From an uncultured virus (IMG/VR IMGVR_UViG_3300037635_003078) (Duplodnaviria; Heunggongvirae; Uroviricota; Caudoviricetes), in the IMG/VR virus record IMGVR_UViG_3300037635_003078: a stretch of DNA of 64,000 bases. One strand, given 5' to 3'. The translations under genes were made by a program, and so were the position numbers. Below are positions 61,057-64,000 of this stretch, one piece after another (position 1 is the first letter of the stretch; each line of letters opens with the position of its first letter). The notes below the pieces were generated by a model. That model was not told where the DNA came from. It saw only the letters and a list, made by a program, of their open reading frames with translations, and searched no databases.

Positions 61057-61329
61057 ATGACCTATCAAGAATTAAATCAGTTGAGTATCGAACAACTACG
61101 AGTGTTAAACAACAAAGTAGTTGAAGTGATTAAGATTAAGAAAAGTGAAAATGCACTTAACGTCAAAGAAGAACTTTACATTGGTGCTAATGTGAGTGTT
61201 AATCACCCTAAGTTAAAGGGTAAACAACTCCGAGTTGAGAAAATCAACCGAACTAAGGCCGTTCTAAAAGTGTTGAATGGGTATGGGACTTACACAGTTC
61301 CTATGAATATGATTGAAGTAAACAAGTAA
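61057..61329 (+). CDS. Small hypothetical protein, possible SH3/KOW-like beta domain
   Basis: LYIGANVSV...RVEKINRTKAVL...YTVPMNMI; A-rich leader. Confidence 0.7.
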   Translation: MTYQELNQLSIEQLRVLNNKVVEVIKIKKSENALNVKEELYIGANVSVNHPKLKGKQLRVEKINRTKAVLKVLNGYGTYTVPMNMIEVNK

Positions 61330-61332
61330 GAT

Positions 61333-61548
61333 ATGATAGTTCAGAAACCACAAAGTCAAGGTATCACAATTGACCTAACAGGTCCTCAAGGTAACGCATT
61401 TTTCCTTCTTGGGACTGCTAAGAAACTGGCTCGCCAACTCGATTTCAATGAGAGTTTCATTTTGAATGAAATGAAGAATGGTGACTATGAAAACTTAATC
61501 AAAGTATTTGACCACTACTTCGGTAGTGTAGTAACCCTTTATCGTTAG
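61333..61548 (+). CDS. Small hypothetical phage protein
   Basis: IDLTGPQGNAFFLLG...GDYENLI. Confidence 0.75.
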   Translation: MIVQKPQSQGITIDLTGPQGNAFFLLGTAKKLARQLDFNESFILNEMKNGDYENLIKVFDHYFGSVVTLYR

Positions 61549-61551
61549 GAT

Positions 61552-61734
61552 ATGACACACGTAGAAAAAGAACAATGGTTACAAATGGCCAACAAACTTC
61601 AATGGGAGGGGTTAAATTCCCAAGAGTGGGAGACCATGGTGGAACTTCGCAAAAAGATGTTGATTGGTAAGGGTAAAAATCCAAACCATTACGACTTAGG
61701 TTCAACACGATGTTCAAAAAAGTTTGGATACTAA
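61552..61734 (+). CDS. Small hypothetical protein
   Basis: 60 aa, tightly packed between neighbours. Confidence 0.55.
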   Translation: MTHVEKEQWLQMANKLQWEGLNSQEWETMVELRKKMLIGKGKNPNHYDLGSTRCSKKFGY

Positions 61735-61754
61735 CGAATAATTTCGTATATTAG
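61723..61754 (+). promoter_or_regulatory. Bacteroidota-type promoter for the polymerase gene
   Basis: TTTGG at 61723 and TATATTAG at 61747, same 24-nt offset as the other copies. Confidence 0.6.
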
Positions 61755-61759
61755 TCTTT

Positions 61760-62986
61760 GTGAAGATAGTAGATACAAACGAACGATTACATAAACGCAT
61801 CTCTGCCCTGTCAAGTAAGGTGTTGGTGTTTCCCATTCTAACAAGTTTGGTGAAACACCCTCATCTTTCCCGTATATCGTCTATTTTGATATCTGATGGT
61901 GATATTGACATTTTTGTAAACTACAATAATATAGACGCAGGTTATGTAACTGACCCAATAGACTTCAGTCAATTCGAAGAGGTATGTGTGGTTGGTTTAA
62001 AAGAGTTCTTACACCATTACGACTACCTACCTACAATGTCCGACCTTGAAATGGAGTTATTCCATCAGGCGAAGGATTTCGATGTAGAAGAACGACCTAT
62101 ATATACAATCTTTAGAAGACGTAAAGCTCCCAAAGCAAATGACCTCATTCCAATTTGGAAACACTATGAACAATTCCAAGATTGGAAAGTTATGTGGTCT
62201 CAAAATCCGACCTCAAGTAAATTTAGTAAGTTGTATCCTAAATGTCTTAATTGGATAGAGAGAAGTGGGTTGTATACACAAGGTGGTATGGAGTATAGTC
62301 AATATAATATGTTCACTACCACATCTCGACCATCAAACACCTTTGGTGGTATTAACTATGCAGCACTTCCAAAAGATGGTGATGTTCGTAAGAGGTTCAT
62401 ATCACGATTTGAGGGTGGTAAGTTGTATCAGTTAGATTTTGATGGATACCACATTCGTTTGATTGCTAAATTGATAGGTGTAGACATACCATTAGACATC
62501 AAAGCACATAAGTGGTTAGCAGACCAATATGGAGCAGACCTCAAAGATGCAAAAGCAATCACGTTTAGACAATTATATGGGGGTGTCCAAGATGAATACA
62601 AACACATTCCATTCTTTAGTAAGACCTCAGAGTATATAGAGTCACTTTGGAATGACTTTTTACGTAATCGACTCACATTTACCCCAATTATGAGCCGGAA
62701 AATAGAAATAATCGACTCACTCAATAAAAATAAGTTATTTAATTACATCTTACAATCGGTTGAGACTGAAAGAAACATACTTATATTGGAGAAACTCTCT
62801 AATATGAAAAGCTCTCAAAAATCACTACCTATATTATACACATATGACTCAATATTGTTTGATGTGGATTCTGATGATGGTATTGAATATATTTTAGAAA
62901 TAAAAAAAGTTATGGAGTCCGGTGGGTTTCCAACTGACATTGAAATTGGAGATAATTACAAAGATATGGTTAAGGTCAATCTTTAG
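61760..62986 (+). CDS. Short family A DNA polymerase-like protein (408 aa, GTG start)
   Basis: TTTSRPS, motif A LDFDGYHIRL, motif B AKAITFRQLYG, FNYILQS, motif C YTYDSILFD. Confidence 0.85.
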   Translation: MKIVDTNERLHKRISALSSKVLVFPILTSLVKHPHLSRISSILISDGDIDIFVNYNNIDAGYVTDPIDFSQFEEVCVVGLKEFLHHYDYLPTMSDLEMELFHQAKDFDVEERPIYTIFRRRKAPKANDLIPIWKHYEQFQDWKVMWSQNPTSSKFSKLYPKCLNWIERSGLYTQGGMEYSQYNMFTTTSRPSNTFGGINYAALPKDGDVRKRFISRFEGGKLYQLDFDGYHIRLIAKLIGVDIPLDIKAHKWLADQYGADLKDAKAITFRQLYGGVQDEYKHIPFFSKTSEYIESLWNDFLRNRLTFTPIMSRKIEIIDSLNKNKLFNYILQSVETERNILILEKLSNMKSSQKSLPILYTYDSILFDVDSDDGIEYILEIKKVMESGGFPTDIEIGDNYKDMVKVNL

Positions 62987-62998
62987 ATATTTATGTTT

Positions 62999-64000
62999 AT
63001 GAAGAAACTTATCAATTACATAGCAAAAAAAGTGTGGAACGAAGTGGGTGTATCCTTAAATGAAGGTATACATACCAAAGAGTCACTGAAAGCTACATAC
63101 AAAGTAGTTTCAGACATATTAGGTGAATCTATTGCAGAAGAGTTACTTATCAACTTATTAGAAGCTAAAGATGATAAAGTCGATCCTGATACTGAAGTAA
63201 CTTATAAGAATAAGGATGGTGAAAAGAAAACCACGACTTATAAAACTGCGATATCATCCGATAAAGAATCCCCTCAATACAAAGCAGCAGATACCCTCAG
63301 AAATACCAATGATACGCCGGAAGAAAAAGAAGACGATGGTAAGTTTTCAAAATCCGACCAAATTGGTATGATGACTCAGATAGAAAAAGATGCTCAAGCT
63401 AATACCGATGATAACGAATCCGATTCTACAAACGAACCATCACCAAAAATCACCGACAGCGTATATGGTACTGCTGGAAAGGGTGATACTGACGTAAAGA
63501 ACAATATGTTCAAATACGGATTCTCAGGATATCAGAAAGGTACTGGTAAAAGGCCGGCTCCTGGTTCTCCTGGTTCTGCTTTTAACGAAATCGCATCTGG
63601 TGAAGGTATTCATATGCTGAACGAGAACCCAAATATGACCGAAGAAGAGTTGGCTCGTAAAATGTATGACCAATACAAAGAAACCGCACTTGGTAAAGAG
63701 CAAAGTAGGTCATCCGGAGTTGGTAGTATACCAAGTGACGTTGAAAATGACAAACTATACTCAAAATGTGTGATATCAGCACGGTCAGCTAAAACCAAAT
63801 ACGATACGACTCAAAATAGAGTATCCGAACTACAATCTAAAGGTAACTTTGGTAGTATTGATAAGATAGACACTTATTATGGAGCAGCAGAATCCATAGA
63901 TGCGCAGGTGTTAGCAATTAATGGCGCTAATAAGGTAATTTTACCCAATGGTACTGAGGTTGGTAAAGAAGATGCTGTTGCTTTTGTAAAAGCCGGTGGT
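62999..64000 (+). CDS. Hypothetical protein, 3'-truncated at the window edge (not in ORF track)
   Basis: MKKLINYIAKK... open to base 64000; SLNE and LLEA motifs near the N-terminus; late-like motif at 62988. Confidence 0.75.
   Translation, partial: MKKLINYIAKKVWNEVGVSLNEGIHTKESLKATYKVVSDILGESIAEELLINLLEAKDDKVDPDTEVTYKNKDGEKKTTTYKTAISSDKESPQYKAADTLRNTNDTPEEKEDDGKFSKSDQIGMMTQIEKDAQANTDDNESDSTNEPSPKITDSVYGTAGKGDTDVKNNMFKYGFSGYQKGTGKRPAPGSPGSAFNEIASGEGIHMLNENPNMTEEELARKMYDQYKETALGKEQSRSSGVGSIPSDVENDKLYSKCVISARSAKTKYDTTQNRVSELQSKGNFGSIDKIDTYYGAAESIDAQVLAINGANKVILPNGTEVGKEDAVAFVKAGG

Larger units (their letters stand above)
2803..62995 (+). promoter_or_regulatory. Dispersed putative late promoter motif TA(C/T)TTAT(A/T), 21 copies at gene boundaries (span given)
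   Basis: Starts at 2803, 7254, 9556, 13581, 16133, 18042, 21381, 21732, 24606, 25331, 31228, 32924, 43014, 45349, 47927, 48265, 50673, 51263, 51624, 52742, 62988 (last ends in G). Confidence 0.75.

Noticed and set aside
64..63798. Minus-strand ORFs in the ORF track
   Set aside because: All are antisense shadows of long + strand genes, with no recognisable motifs.
1..64000. Stop-codon reassignment
   Set aside because: Long genes are intact in the standard code, and TAG and TGA both terminate well-defined genes (capsid and portal).

Overview
A 64 kb segment of a large, AT-rich, T4-like (contractile-tailed) dsDNA phage, with all credible genes on the + strand in the standard genetic code. Gene order: 5'-truncated SbcD-SbcC (Mre11-Rad50) fusion; a large fibre-like protein; probable internal head proteins; terminase, portal, prohead protease, ribosomal protein bS21, scaffold, major capsid, PhoH; large Ser/Gly/Thr-rich virion proteins; a collagen cassette; neck, sheath, tube, tail chaperone, tape measure and baseplate genes; small early-type genes; a short family A DNA polymerase; and a 3'-truncated ORF. 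Promoter shape and bS21 suggest a Bacteroidota host (inference). The most striking system is at 35.8-45.3 kb. Two long collagens each start with a Hint (intein-like) domain that keeps the C-terminal His-Asn but lacks the N-terminal Cys. Their internal repeats match in triple-helix register, suggesting a heterotrimer. They are followed by a 2OG-Fe(II) dioxygenase and a glycosyltransferase fused to a PLOD-like lysyl hydroxylase, resembling a phage procollagen maturation pathway. All assignments come from motif recognition by eye; no database search was run.
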